From contig JAUFOR010000007.1 of the NCBI GenBank assembly GCA_040285745.1, positions 62,001-126,000 on the forward strand: a stretch of DNA of 64,000 nucleotides, read 5' to 3'. The stretch is from Barthelona sp. PCE. Taxonomy: Eukaryota. The notes under the pieces are model-generated. The model was not told the origin of the DNA. It saw nothing but the letters and a program-made list of their open reading frames with translations, and made no database searches. How positions within the stretch are numbered: the stretch's first letter is position 1; each line of letters starts with the position of its first letter. This document shows positions 50,721-61,033 of the stretch, one piece after another. Position numbers and translations under genes: made by a program.

Positions 50721-51864
50721 ATGGACGAATTCACTGACTTCATGAAAGAAGAGGTATGTTATTTTGATGAGTTGCAAGACAACTAACCTTTAGATGAGGG
50801 AGTTAGCCGAGAAAGAAGCGGTTCTCGCTGATTTTGACAACAATGAGGATGTGCGCTTGGCAATGCGGATGCGCGATCTGCTGGAAGAGAACTCTACGCT
50901 TCTGAGTAAGCTCAAGGTTTCTCAATCGGAAATTAACAGGCTGAAGAGTTCTAAAAAGACTCCTCAAACATATTTACATGAAGTCAAGGCACTTGAGTCA
51001 CAGACATCATATCTTGAGCGTGAATTAGACGTTTTAAAGGAAAACAATCACACATTGGAGCAAACATTGCAGTTGAAGGAAATTGCGCTTAATAACATGG
51101 AGAGCAAACTTTCAAATCAATCAGAGTTCCCAGAAGAGGAAGTTATTCGACTCAAAAATGCATTGAAACAAAAGGAAAGTGAGCTTAAGATGCAAATTAA
51201 GGAAAACAACACTTTGAAGCGTATTCAAGATCGCAAGGATAAAACTATCTTGGAATTGAATGCAGCTCTTGAAAGTGAGGATGGTCCACGCAGTGTCAAA
51301 CATTTTGAGAACGAGAAGCGTGTTTTAACTGCTGAAATTGACCGTTTAAAAACAGCTTTGAAGCAGATCCGTAGCACTCAGAACCATGCCTTGCACAGAG
51401 AAGGTCTTTTACAATCTAAAATGGATGCACTAGGACTCGCTATCAATGATATTAAGGGATGCCGAGACATTCAAACAGTTTTCAAGTCGATCAAGAAAAC
51501 AGCAAACGTCAGCGAGATCGATGTCGAATTCCCAGGTCCCAAGTTGCCGTTACCCGTGTTTGATCTTCTTGTCTGCGAACTTGAAAAGCAAAAGAGCCTC
51601 AACAAGGAAAGGGAGGACGAGATCATGATGGGCCTCGAGACCATTGAAAGATTGGAGAAAAGCGTTGATGTCCTAGAAGCAAAGATCAGAACTGACAAGC
51701 GCACAACCAAGCTGAAGATCAACAAGCAAACTAATACAATTCAGAAACTCGAACAGGAAATCGAAAACCGTGACACTCTGTACAAGAACAATGAAAACGT
51801 ATTAAAATCCGAAATCTTCCATTTAAGGGAGCAAATTGGTAAGTTACAACAACGTTTACGTTAA
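50721..51864 (+). CDS. coiled-coil protein (exons 50721-50753 and 50794-51864)
   Basis: Exon 1 MDEFTDFMKEE joins the 50794 ORF in phase 0; heptad-rich. Confidence 0.78.
50754..50793 (+). other. spliceosomal intron, 40 nt (phase 0)
   Basis: GTATGT...AACTAACCTTTAG, same signal spacing as the other two introns. Confidence 0.85.
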
Positions 51865-52533
51865 AATAAATATTTTTTGTTCCTTATAGTCAAAGTTAAA
51901 GGTGAAAAAGAATAAAATTAGATGAAACATAAAAAGATACTCACATATTACCCCAAAACTGAGCCAGAACTTGGCAAGAGATGGGTTTGATGTGTGGAAT
52001 ATGAGGTCTATGAGACTTCCAACCAAAAATCCAAACAGACAGTATAGATAACTAATGAGGTTAAACACACGAAACTTAAACAGGCGCATAGATGAGAATG
52101 GAATTGTGTCGCATTTGTGCGAATGAAATTCGAGGCGAGTGAATACAATCATCTGAACTATGAGACATAACCAATGGCAGTTAGCGAGAATCATGTGAAT
52201 TATGAGATTTATGGGACTAACAACTATACCTAGTCCAGCTAAAAAGGCGCCGGCCAATACTCCAGACCTTAAAAATAGAATTATTGACTTCTTCTTTGAC
52301 TTATCCTCGATTACTGAGAAAAGAAAGATGCTGTAGAAGTATGTCAGGTGAGAGATAACGTACCCTCCAACAACGCATCCGACAAGGAATACCCCGTAGC
52401 CATATCCTTCAGAACCCATTTCTGAAACGGTAAATGGAAATGGATGATCGTCTATGTTCAGCAAAGCGCTTAAAAACAGGTATAGCGGTGTCCATATTAG
52501 AACAAAAACTGCAAGGAACCTTGGATAATTCAT
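51856..52533 (-). CDS. Frag1/DRAM/Sfk1-like multi-pass membrane protein
   Basis: About six hydrophobic helices; PFTVSEMG after TM1, IHMILA, and CEY near the C-terminus. Confidence 0.65.
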   Translation of the reverse strand: MNYPRFLAVFVLIWTPLYLFLSALLNIDDHPFPFTVSEMGSEGYGYGVFLVGCVVGGYVISHLTYFYSIFLFSVIEDKSKKKSIILFLRSGVLAGAFLAGLGIVVSPINLIIHMILANCHWLCLIVQMIVFTRLEFHSHKCDTIPFSSMRLFKFRVFNLISYLYCLFGFLVGSLIDLIFHTSNPSLAKFWLSFGVICEYLFMFHLILFFFTFNFDYKEQKIFILT

Positions 52534-52724
52534 TGCAGCTGAAATGGAGGAAAGAAAACAAGAAAACAGTTGCAAACTTTACTTAAAGTTTTTTTATCAG
52601 GCTTAACATGCATTTAAAAGATCAATATTTATCCAAAACGTATTAAAGTATTAATAAAAAGATTTTAAACTTAAAACAGGTAATTGCCAGTTTATCTATC
52701 TCAACATAGGCACAAAAAATAATG

Positions 52725-54308
52725 TTATTCTACACATATTGGGTTCATCTGGGAACCTAGAGGTGAAAAAAGGAAGGAATCCTGAGTCATGGAGTAAGTC
52801 TGAGCAGGTGAGGGCGACCATCTGGGTGAAGTTTGAGATGTGGGAGACATTATAGGAGACATCACTGGTGATGTCTGGGTGTCCTGTGTGGGTGAAATCA
52901 TATCAAACGTCAGTAAACTAGGTTGCTCCTGACTGCGACTCTTTCTCCTCTTCTTCTTCTTCTTCTTCTGAGGGCTCACGCACTGTGAAAAGGAAGGGTA
53001 ATCGTGTAAAGTGTGCTGGGAACGGGGCTTCTTGGATCCAATTTCCCGGTGCAATGGAGTTCCGAAAAGTTGTGTGCAAATGCTACTGTCGCGTTCGAGG
53101 TATAGCGACTGTGACTGTGTGTAAGGGCTTTGCGACATACTGACGGGCCTCTTTCTGGTAACGGAGAGGGAAGGCGTTACGAATCTAGAAAGATTCTTCA
53201 CATTGTTGCTTGAATACGGTCGCTCAGCTTTGAAATTGAAAGGCTTTGGCTCCTCCAACAAATCAAACATTAGGGGCACCTCGTACAGCAAATCCGCAGG
53301 AATGACAATACTGCACTCATACCCGTTGGTGCGAATTCCGCGATCATCGTTCCCGAGAGCGCTGATGCTGAGGTTGTGCGACCCAACCATAATGTATTTA
53401 AGCACACCGCCCGTGAACAGATAGAATACCTTAGCGTGGCTCATAGTTCCCTTTTTAAAAGGCATGAAACGGCACAGCACTCCAGACTCTTCTGCAGCAT
53501 CTATTGAGGGCTGGAAAAAACACTTCCCCTGCTCCTCTATACCGTTATTGACGCAATACTGAAGCGAAGGCCAGTACACAAAAACATTCTGCTTGTGATT
53601 GACATCCTTGACATGCAAAGTCTCTTTTAACTGGTCAATGAAGCTATCGTGCAGCGATCCTATGCTGGACACTGATATGTGGACCTCATCTATGATACAT
53701 TCGCCGCCAATATCGACGATTGGGCTGGCTTGATTAGGTACGGTTGTGAGAAGCCGTATCCTATCATCTAGGAAAGAAAAATCAAAGCCGAGGATGACCT
53801 CAGACGGTATACCGCAGTCCTGTAGGAACGCATAAAGGTCATTTCTGAATGTATTACTTGCATATCTGTTCTTACTAACGCGACCAATCTTTGCAGGGAG
53901 ATCTTTATACCAAAAAGCATTTACGCTTCTTTGGAAGTCGCCAATCACCAGGTTAGCGCTTGTTATGACCAAACGCATCGAGTTATCTGGAAAGAAAATC
54001 ATCCAAATCTTTGGATGAAAACACTCCGTAGCACAAGTTTCCACTTCATGAATTGTTGTATTGTTGATTGTATACACGTCCCGCGGACAAAAATCATCCT
54101 GCGGATGTGAATAAATAGTTATTGGACAAGAAATTGTAAGAGATGCAAGAATTTCTGCAAGAGAATGATCGTATCGGTATGACGTCAGTATGCACGACGA
54201 TGGGAGTAGTATTTGTGAATCAGACACCTTCTTAAAGATGCTCTTGACTTGTTTCAACCCATTGTCTCCATTGGAAAAGAAAACGTGCTCATTCAGTTCT
54301 ATATTCAT
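52725..54308 (-). CDS. TDP1: tyrosyl-DNA phosphodiesterase 1
   Basis: Two HxK...N motifs: HPK...RLVITSANL and HAK...GSHNLS.SALG...YE; also SSIGSL and WPS. Confidence 0.88.
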   Translation of the reverse strand: MNIELNEHVFFSNGDNGLKQVKSIFKKVSDSQILLPSSCILTSYRYDHSLAEILASLTISCPITIYSHPQDDFCPRDVYTINNTTIHEVETCATECFHPKIWMIFFPDNSMRLVITSANLVIGDFQRSVNAFWYKDLPAKIGRVSKNRYASNTFRNDLYAFLQDCGIPSEVILGFDFSFLDDRIRLLTTVPNQASPIVDIGGECIIDEVHISVSSIGSLHDSFIDQLKETLHVKDVNHKQNVFVYWPSLQYCVNNGIEEQGKCFFQPSIDAAEESGVLCRFMPFKKGTMSHAKVFYLFTGGVLKYIMVGSHNLSISALGNDDRGIRTNGYECSIVIPADLLYEVPLMFDLLEEPKPFNFKAERPYSSNNVKNLSRFVTPSLSVTRKRPVSMSQSPYTQSQSLYLERDSSICTQLFGTPLHREIGSKKPRSQHTLHDYPSFSQCVSPQKKKKKKRRKSRSQEQPSLLTFDMISPTQDTQTSPVMSPIMSPTSQTSPRWSPSPAQTYSMTQDSFLFSPLGSQMNPICVE

Positions 54309-54402
54309 TGTATTTGCATTGAAAGAATATAGTTATTGAAAAGGCGCAAAAATTATATAACAAAAAATTCTCAGAATCAACGTTTTCATTTAATGTTTGT
54401 GT

Positions 54403-55614
54403 TTATTTCTTGTTAAAGACACCAGAAAATCTCTTAATGAAGTCATATGATGTGTTGGGGATCACATAAAAGATTGGGAAATAGGGAACCATATAGCGAT
54501 CATGCGTAACCATACTGTGAAGTGTTTTGTTTTTTGGAATCTTAACCAATCGCGTTGATTTCTCCACCATAGGTACCAATTCAAGGTTCTCAATACTTTT
54601 ATCTTCGACAGAAACATCGTCATTGAAGTATTTGCAAATGGGAAGTGTCCAGTTCGTTTTGAAATAGAAATCAACAGAGTCAACTGTGTATCTTCCGTCC
54701 TTGTCCCACGTCGCCGGTGGTGCGCTTGGGCCAAATATTGTGTTAGCAAGCTCATGGAACGTCACGCTGGCCTCAACGTTGTGCAAGTAATCATTTTGCT
54801 CTGTTTCGGGATAGAGAAGCATCAACGGGAACGAGTATGTGCCCTCCTTTTCGTTGATGATAAACTCCGACTGGGGCAGTGTAGTTTGCATGGGAAGCAT
54901 GGGGAGACCAAGTGTAACACCAATGCGCTTCAATGGTTCATAATAGTCGTACTTCTGTAGTGTCTGCTCCGACTCCGTCTTCTGTTTAAGCAATAATTCG
55001 ATCTGAGCAGCGAGCTTCTTGAACGGCACGTTGTCGGGCTGATGGTCTATGGCCATGTTAACATATGAGTGCGCCTCTTCAAGCTTTGACAGCTGGATGC
55101 ACGCCTTGGCAGCACGGAACATACTCTTAAAATGCTCAGCATCAATTCTTAAAGCAAGTTGACTCGATTCAAGGGAAGAACGCCAGTTTTCCATGTATAG
55201 ATATGCCTGAGCACGGTTAGAAAGCAGGGCTACCCGCAGTTTATCATTGTCGAAATCTTCCTGAAGACCTTTGGTATAATGATGACAGGCATTCATGATC
55301 ATTTGACGTGTTCTCACTCGTAGATATGTGTGTAAACAGTCATTACCGGACTTCTTGCACTGCTCTGCCCTATCCTCAGGTGTAGAATCGGAATACATGA
55401 TAGATTGCAATGCTTCCATACCTTGTGCAAGGTTTGGATTATCTTTCGCATCGTTGGGGTTTGCAAATAGAGGCATGTCCTCAATTGGAGCAACTCCCTG
55501 CATTGGATCAGTACCCTGGGGCAAAACAGATCGATCAAGCCCTTCATGAGGTACAAATTCTGTTTTTTCTGGTTCTGGAGCAACCATAACCTTGAGTTCC
55601 TTTCCCTCAGTCAT
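54403..55614 (-). CDS. TTC4: TPR co-chaperone TTC4/Cns1
   Basis: PLF...EALQSIMY, AEQCKKSGN, SNRAQA...NWR, FRAAKA, FPLMLLYPE..QND, WDKDGRY. Confidence 0.88.
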   Translation of the reverse strand: MTEGKELKVMVAPEPEKTEFVPHEGLDRSVLPQGTDPMQGVAPIEDMPLFANPNDAKDNPNLAQGMEALQSIMYSDSTPEDRAEQCKKSGNDCLHTYLRVRTRQMIMNACHHYTKGLQEDFDNDKLRVALLSNRAQAYLYMENWRSSLESSQLALRIDAEHFKSMFRAAKACIQLSKLEEAHSYVNMAIDHQPDNVPFKKLAAQIELLLKQKTESEQTLQKYDYYEPLKRIGVTLGLPMLPMQTTLPQSEFIINEKEGTYSFPLMLLYPETEQNDYLHNVEASVTFHELANTIFGPSAPPATWDKDGRYTVDSVDFYFKTNWTLPICKYFNDDVSVEDKSIENLELVPMVEKSTRLVKIPKNKTLHSMVTHDRYMVPYFPIFYVIPNTSYDFIKRFSGVFNKK

Positions 55615-55694
55615 TAAAAAAGTTGTTAATTGTGATGAACAAAAGAAAAAGTAGTAAATCGATTACCAATAAATGATATTTACAAACGTAGTTC

Positions 55695-58160
55695 TCAAGC
55701 TCCAACAAAGCAGTCAATGAAGGAAACAACATCATGTTTGAAAGAAGGAAGCAGATCGAGTAAATTCAATACATAATCTCTGAAAAGAACAATTGTGTCG
55801 CGGATGTTTGAATTGTGAATGGTGTTGTACAGTTCGGAATCAACCTCACTGTAATTCTTATATTGCTTGAAAGCATCCAACAGCTCATTGTATTGCTCAT
55901 CAGTTACACTGGCAAACTCCAAAATGTTTTTGTGAATGGTGTCCAGACTACGATCATCAATATTAGCGTTCCAGATAGAGTCTGGACTGCGTGCAAACTT
56001 GCGCAACGAGAGCTCTTTGACAGAACAAGTACCAAACGCAAGGAAGGGAGCAAGAATATCACGTACAACCATGAAGTCCAGGTTTTCATCGTTAAACATA
56101 GTGGGACTAGCAAAGTAGTCTGTGTAACAGTGAGAGATAATATCACGTGCCTCAGTGGTTGTGAGCTTCTCGGTGCCCTTAAAGTCAAGCTCCAAACCAA
56201 AGTCGAAGGAGTAAATCTCCTTCATCGTTGCCATTGCTTCAGCCATAACGATCAAGATAATACTGCTATCATGCGCGCGGTACACAAGATCGCGGACAAA
56301 GCCTTTCATGTCTGGGTTGTAACCTGATCTTTCATCGTAACCGATGAGCGATTCAACATCGGTAAGTACGAGGACTGCTCTGTCGCAACCAGTCGCCATG
56401 CTGAAATGTGCTGAGATCTTGGCCATTCGGTCGCGCGGGGCCTCCTGGCGATAATCCTTGCCATCGATGAGCTTCACAAAGTTTGGTCGCAGGTCCTTGA
56501 GAACCTTGAACATAAAGTTGCGGGCGTCTGTCCTGCGTGTGTCACCTGTGAGTAGGATCGAAGCACCCTCATTGTAATCGAGCTGAACTGAGACGTACTC
56601 CTCGAACTGTTGTTTGTATGACGTGAGAAGATCAGAATATGGCTTGAACGTGACCTTATCTGCCTCATCAAAGAACTTCTGGGCACCGTGTGTGGATGAT
56701 ACCAACTGTAATGCGTTTAACAGATGCTCTTGTCTTACCACGAACAAATCATCACCGTAATCCCTCTCCATTGATGCAGCTAGAGTACGTGCATCCTGGA
56801 ACGCAAGCATCTGTGCCTGGGTACAAACAGAACGGATGTCTGCGCCTGAATAGTTGGGTGTTCTTCTCGCCATCTCAACCAGGTCGACGTCTTCAGCAAA
56901 GTAGGGAGTCAGTCTCTGTGAGTGAATTGCAAAAATGTTTTGACGCCCATTAAAGTCGGGGAGCGGAATCTCGAGCTGAATTTCGAAACGACCGGGTCTC
57001 AACAGAGCCTCATCGATGAGATCTCTTCTGTTTGTCATACCAATGACGATGAAGTTGTCGAACAGCTCAACACCCTCCATGATTGCCAACAACTGGTTGA
57101 TGATACCGTCTGTGTTGGCGCCTGAACCTGACATGTTACGCTGTCGAGTGATGGCATCAATCTCATCGAGTATAATGAGGTGGAGGTCTGCAAACTCTCC
57201 ATTCTCATCAAAATCCTTCTTCGCTTCTGCAAACAGGTTACGGATATTCTCCTCAGCCTGACCAACGTATTTGTTGAGAATCTCGGTTGCCGCCTTAATG
57301 ACGGGCTTACGCGTCTTGAGTATCTCACCAATAGTACGTGCCAGGAGGGTCTTTCCATTACCAGGAGGACCGTACAGCAGGAGGCCGATGGGAGGGCGAT
57401 ACCGTTCATCCTTGAGAGAGGCAGGTGTCATTCGTGGGTATAGCAGGGATGTGATGATTCGCTTAAACATGTTGTCCATGCCACCGATACCCTTCTGCTG
57501 AAGAATAGAGCCCATGTCGTCAACGATTTTCTGAATGTTTCGATTTTCTTTGAAGTTGACACCGTCAGAGCCATCGTACACGATAGTGCACTTTTCTACG
57601 TTGGAGGGGAGCCTGCCGATAGTTTCCTCGTGAATGCATTTCATTTCGCTTACAGTTGCTATCAAGTTGTTACCTTGGTACTGAAAAAGAATGTTTGACC
57701 CTAAATCAATTGGAGCACCATCCAGAGCTTCCAATACCGCTGCCTCGAATACCTCCATGGTCTCCCTTGTGATAACAATGTTATCATGCTTCTTAGCAAG
57801 ATGTGCAATTGTAAAAGTTACATTGCTGATGCGTCCGATTTGATCATCGGATACTGGTTCGAGAATCATGTTCTGTCCGTCGAGACTGCTTCCTCCACGA
57901 ACACGAATTGTGATTCCCAATGAAGTACGTTGGGGACCGCTCATATAAACCTTTCCATCAACACCCTCGCATACTTCAAACTTAAAAATGTGCTTATGCT
58001 CAGGTTTGTTAACGTTAGTGAGGAAACCAAAACCGTGCGGAGGTAAAATTCGTGTGGGATCGGAATTGACATACATACGATGTTTATATGCCAATGATGT
58101 GCTTGAATGAGTACCCACACCGTAAATGATGGGCGATGCTTCACTTTTTGGATCGGACAT
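55695..58160 (-). CDS. NSF: vesicle-fusing ATPase NSF/Sec18
   Basis: GIGGMD..F..I, LLYGPPGNGKTLLARTIG, EILNKYVGQAEENIRNLF, LHLIILDEIDAI, IGMTNRRDLIDEALLRPGRFE; start at ATG 58160. Confidence 0.93.
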   Translation of the reverse strand: MSDPKSEASPIIYGVGTHSSTSLAYKHRMYVNSDPTRILPPHGFGFLTNVNKPEHKHIFKFEVCEGVDGKVYMSGPQRTSLGITIRVRGGSSLDGQNMILEPVSDDQIGRISNVTFTIAHLAKKHDNIVITRETMEVFEAAVLEALDGAPIDLGSNILFQYQGNNLIATVSEMKCIHEETIGRLPSNVEKCTIVYDGSDGVNFKENRNIQKIVDDMGSILQQKGIGGMDNMFKRIITSLLYPRMTPASLKDERYRPPIGLLLYGPPGNGKTLLARTIGEILKTRKPVIKAATEILNKYVGQAEENIRNLFAEAKKDFDENGEFADLHLIILDEIDAITRQRNMSGSGANTDGIINQLLAIMEGVELFDNFIVIGMTNRRDLIDEALLRPGRFEIQLEIPLPDFNGRQNIFAIHSQRLTPYFAEDVDLVEMARRTPNYSGADIRSVCTQAQMLAFQDARTLAASMERDYGDDLFVVRQEHLLNALQLVSSTHGAQKFFDEADKVTFKPYSDLLTSYKQQFEEYVSVQLDYNEGASILLTGDTRRTDARNFMFKVLKDLRPNFVKLIDGKDYRQEAPRDRMAKISAHFSMATGCDRAVLVLTDVESLIGYDERSGYNPDMKGFVRDLVYRAHDSSIILIVMAEAMATMKEIYSFDFGLELDFKGTEKLTTTEARDIISHCYTDYFASPTMFNDENLDFMVVRDILAPFLAFGTCSVKELSLRKFARSPDSIWNANIDDRSLDTIHKNILEFASVTDEQYNELLDAFKQYKNYSEVDSELYNTIHNSNIRDTIVLFRDYVLNLLDLLPSFKHDVVSFIDCFVGA

Positions 58161-58350
58161 TAAAAATGTGTAGCGAAATGGCAAAAGAAATGTTATACAA
58201 GCAGCTTGACGCTTCTGTTCTGGTTTTAGCAGCTTCAAGTTTCAGCTAGTCGTGTTGAGATACTTTAGAAAATTAAAAACAAAGGTTCTTGACCATAATT
58301 GTTGTAACATATTTTTCTTTGCATATCAGCCATATGTTTTAATTTAATTG

Positions 58351-60144
58351 ATGAATTTTACTCCAATGGTAGAGGACAGTGAAGGGGGCACACCAGGAGC
58401 GGCTACTAGCACTTTTCTCACAGATCTTATTATAGATAACGACGCAGAAGCTACAGAATTTGAAATCCCAGAGATGAGGGATGGGGGAAACGCACCTTAC
58501 ATTGAACTCCCAGATGAAATTAGGCTTTTAGATGTAATACATAGTATTATTCATCAGCGACAGATTCAAGATCCATATATTTGTGGAATTCTTGTTACAG
58601 ATCTTCTGTTGGAGTATTTTGCGTCGCTGTACTGGTTTTTTATGTTCGATGCGTTTGAGGACACATACATTGATGTACTATTAAACAAAAAGGAGTCTAC
58701 AGCACACAGTCCGTTGCTGGAGTTACGCGTCAACGAACAATATACGCGCCAAAAGCGCATGATGAAGCGAAGCGTCCGTAACATAGGTATGCTCATGATG
58801 AGTGTCAGCGAGCTTTTATTAACGAGCGTTCGTCCTTTTGTACCAAAGGCGCTGGACGTCATTGACTTCTCCCGTGTGTCAACTGCAAAACAGACAACGA
58901 CACCTAAGGATGAGGAGAAGGAACCACGCAGCATAATACACACAGTGTTGCACAGTCACCGCACACATCGTGTGATCCAGCAGCATAATATAATATTTAA
59001 CAAGAACCACAAGCCCCCGATCACGTATGTAACTCGTTCAGTGAAGCGATTAGGATCGAAGGATATTCAGGTTATCTTCGACAACTTCTTTGCTCTCCTG
59101 CCGGATATCAGTGCAGAGGTTGTCTTTACCCTGCTTGTTATAGCGCACCCGTACCAACGTGAGGCCTTGCAACAGCGCAGTTATGTTGTTACTTTACAGG
59201 AACAGCTGGGAGTTTTGTTAAGCGGTGTGAATAAGAGCGACAGTTATTATGAAAAAGCCATGGGGAGATGGAACAACGTCTTCCTCATCAACTTCTTCAA
59301 GAACTTTGATAAGCTGAATCTGATCAAAAACATGAAACACCGCATTGTAGAGAAGAACATCCAAAAATTGTTAAAAAGGTTGAAAAGAAAGAAATTTAAT
59401 CTACCCAATGAGCTAGAGGAGCTCAAAAATGAAATGCGAGGTATCAAAAACCGAAAGAAGAACTTCAAAAAAATCATGAACAATTTGAATGCAAAGGATT
59501 TCTATGAGTTGCGCAACGATAACGCTCTTGATACATATATGAAGGAGCGTTACGAGAACATATCACGGTACATTGAGGACAGCGTGTCATTGAAACGGAA
59601 TCAGCTCAGAAAGCTGAAAGTGTACAATCCAGAAGTTTCAACACGAGTACCCTCAAAGGAAACCCCAGTTCCAGTGGTGCCGACAATTAACCTTAAGAAG
59701 CTGAAGAAGGAACCAATTTTTGTGAGGAAAACAAATCGTTTCGATCTTAAAGGTACAACCAGGCTTGTTGACGCTCTTCTGACAAACAGAAATGTGAAAC
59801 GCAAGAAACCTTCTTCCGGTAAGGCTACCCGTATATTCTCTGCAGCTCCAAAGACCGAGCGTATTCAACGCGTGGAGAAAGGTTACAATAACACAGTTGT
59901 CCTAAACAATACACAACTGATACACAGGGACTATTCTTCGATAGCAGCTGCTCCTGAGTTGGATAAGGTGCGTAGTATAGTTACTAAATCAAAGAAGCGT
60001 GTGCAGACAGAGTTGAAGTTGCTCAGGAAAAGTACGGAAGAGCATTCAAAGGAGCTTAGTGATACGTTCAGCCGCATGACTTATATGGAAAGGAAGCAAT
60101 TAGCAGACCAATTGGCGGGTTTTAGGCAACCGTTTGAGGAGTAA
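58351..60144 (+). CDS. hypothetical protein, possibly FAM227/FWWh-domain
   Basis: LYWFFMF and FFALLPDISAEVVF....AHP resemble FAM227 motifs; long basic C-terminus. The family call is tentative. Confidence 0.5.
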   Translation: MNFTPMVEDSEGGTPGAATSTFLTDLIIDNDAEATEFEIPEMRDGGNAPYIELPDEIRLLDVIHSIIHQRQIQDPYICGILVTDLLLEYFASLYWFFMFDAFEDTYIDVLLNKKESTAHSPLLELRVNEQYTRQKRMMKRSVRNIGMLMMSVSELLLTSVRPFVPKALDVIDFSRVSTAKQTTTPKDEEKEPRSIIHTVLHSHRTHRVIQQHNIIFNKNHKPPITYVTRSVKRLGSKDIQVIFDNFFALLPDISAEVVFTLLVIAHPYQREALQQRSYVVTLQEQLGVLLSGVNKSDSYYEKAMGRWNNVFLINFFKNFDKLNLIKNMKHRIVEKNIQKLLKRLKRKKFNLPNELEELKNEMRGIKNRKKNFKKIMNNLNAKDFYELRNDNALDTYMKERYENISRYIEDSVSLKRNQLRKLKVYNPEVSTRVPSKETPVPVVPTINLKKLKKEPIFVRKTNRFDLKGTTRLVDALLTNRNVKRKKPSSGKATRIFSAAPKTERIQRVEKGYNNTVVLNNTQLIHRDYSSIAAAPELDKVRSIVTKSKKRVQTELKLLRKSTEEHSKELSDTFSRMTYMERKQLADQLAGFRQPFEE

Positions 60145-60175
60145 ACAATATTTTCACATTTTTTTATTCTATGTT

Positions 60176-61033
60176 TTAGACCAGCTCCAAAACGCGTTCG
60201 TCAAGGTATTGTTTAATCTCGTGTGCCTCTGCGAACTTACCACTCCTGTATAAAGCCACATACAAATTTTGCCAAATGGCAGGAGATCTTTCGCCAACAG
60301 TTACAAGTTTGCACACACGCTCTGCCTCTTCAGCGTCACCTATTGTGATGTACAATCCTGCACAAATCTCAACAAGAAGCATTGTGTTTTCGTATCTGAG
60401 CATTAGCGCATCAATATCCCTAATTGAATCAACCACCTTGGCGCTAGGGTCTTCCTTAAGGTGGACGTTGTGTAAGTTAAGGGACCCGGAATTGGAGCCC
60501 TGATAGTGAGGATGATTCGCAGCAACAAGGTTAATCATGGCAAGAAGAAGCTTGACAATGGGGTTGAACTGAGCTCTAACGCTCTCTTCAACTTCGTCCA
60601 ATATCTTGTAGGCCTTTGCAACCTGGCGCATCTGTAACAGAGATTGTACGGCATAAAAAACAACATCAATGATTGTGTTTGGGAAATCAGTTGCAATGTA
60701 CAGTTCTAGTGCTTCGTTGAACCTACCAAGCTTTGTATATATGTACATGAGCGCGATTTTATCCTGCAACGATTCCTGATTCTGAAGAAGGATGTTGAGC
60801 TTTTCAAGAGAAAATTCTAGCTCAATATCTGCAACGTAGTATACGCAGTCCTTATCAGACTCATATTTCTCAAGGTATTTCTCTGCCCCGTCCAGTTTTA
60901 ACTCAGACCACTTCGAATAGAATAACAAATCTTCTGTTTCTTTAGCATTCTGTGCAATATCCAAAGCAGATGCATAGTTTTGGAGGTAACAATAAGAGAT
61001 AACGTCCCTCAGTTGGGTATCCTGGTAATCCAT
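60176..61033 (-). CDS. COPE: coatomer epsilon-like TPR protein
   Basis: LRDV....YLQNY..A N-terminus, VQSLLQMRQV..A.K.L, about 285 aa and all helical. Confidence 0.65.
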   Translation of the reverse strand: MDYQDTQLRDVISYCYLQNYASALDIAQNAKETEDLLFYSKWSELKLDGAEKYLEKYESDKDCVYYVADIELEFSLEKLNILLQNQESLQDKIALMYIYTKLGRFNEALELYIATDFPNTIIDVVFYAVQSLLQMRQVAKAYKILDEVEESVRAQFNPIVKLLLAMINLVAANHPHYQGSNSGSLNLHNVHLKEDPSAKVVDSIRDIDALMLRYENTMLLVEICAGLYITIGDAEEAERVCKLVTVGERSPAIWQNLYVALYRSGKFAEAHEIKQYLDERVLELV

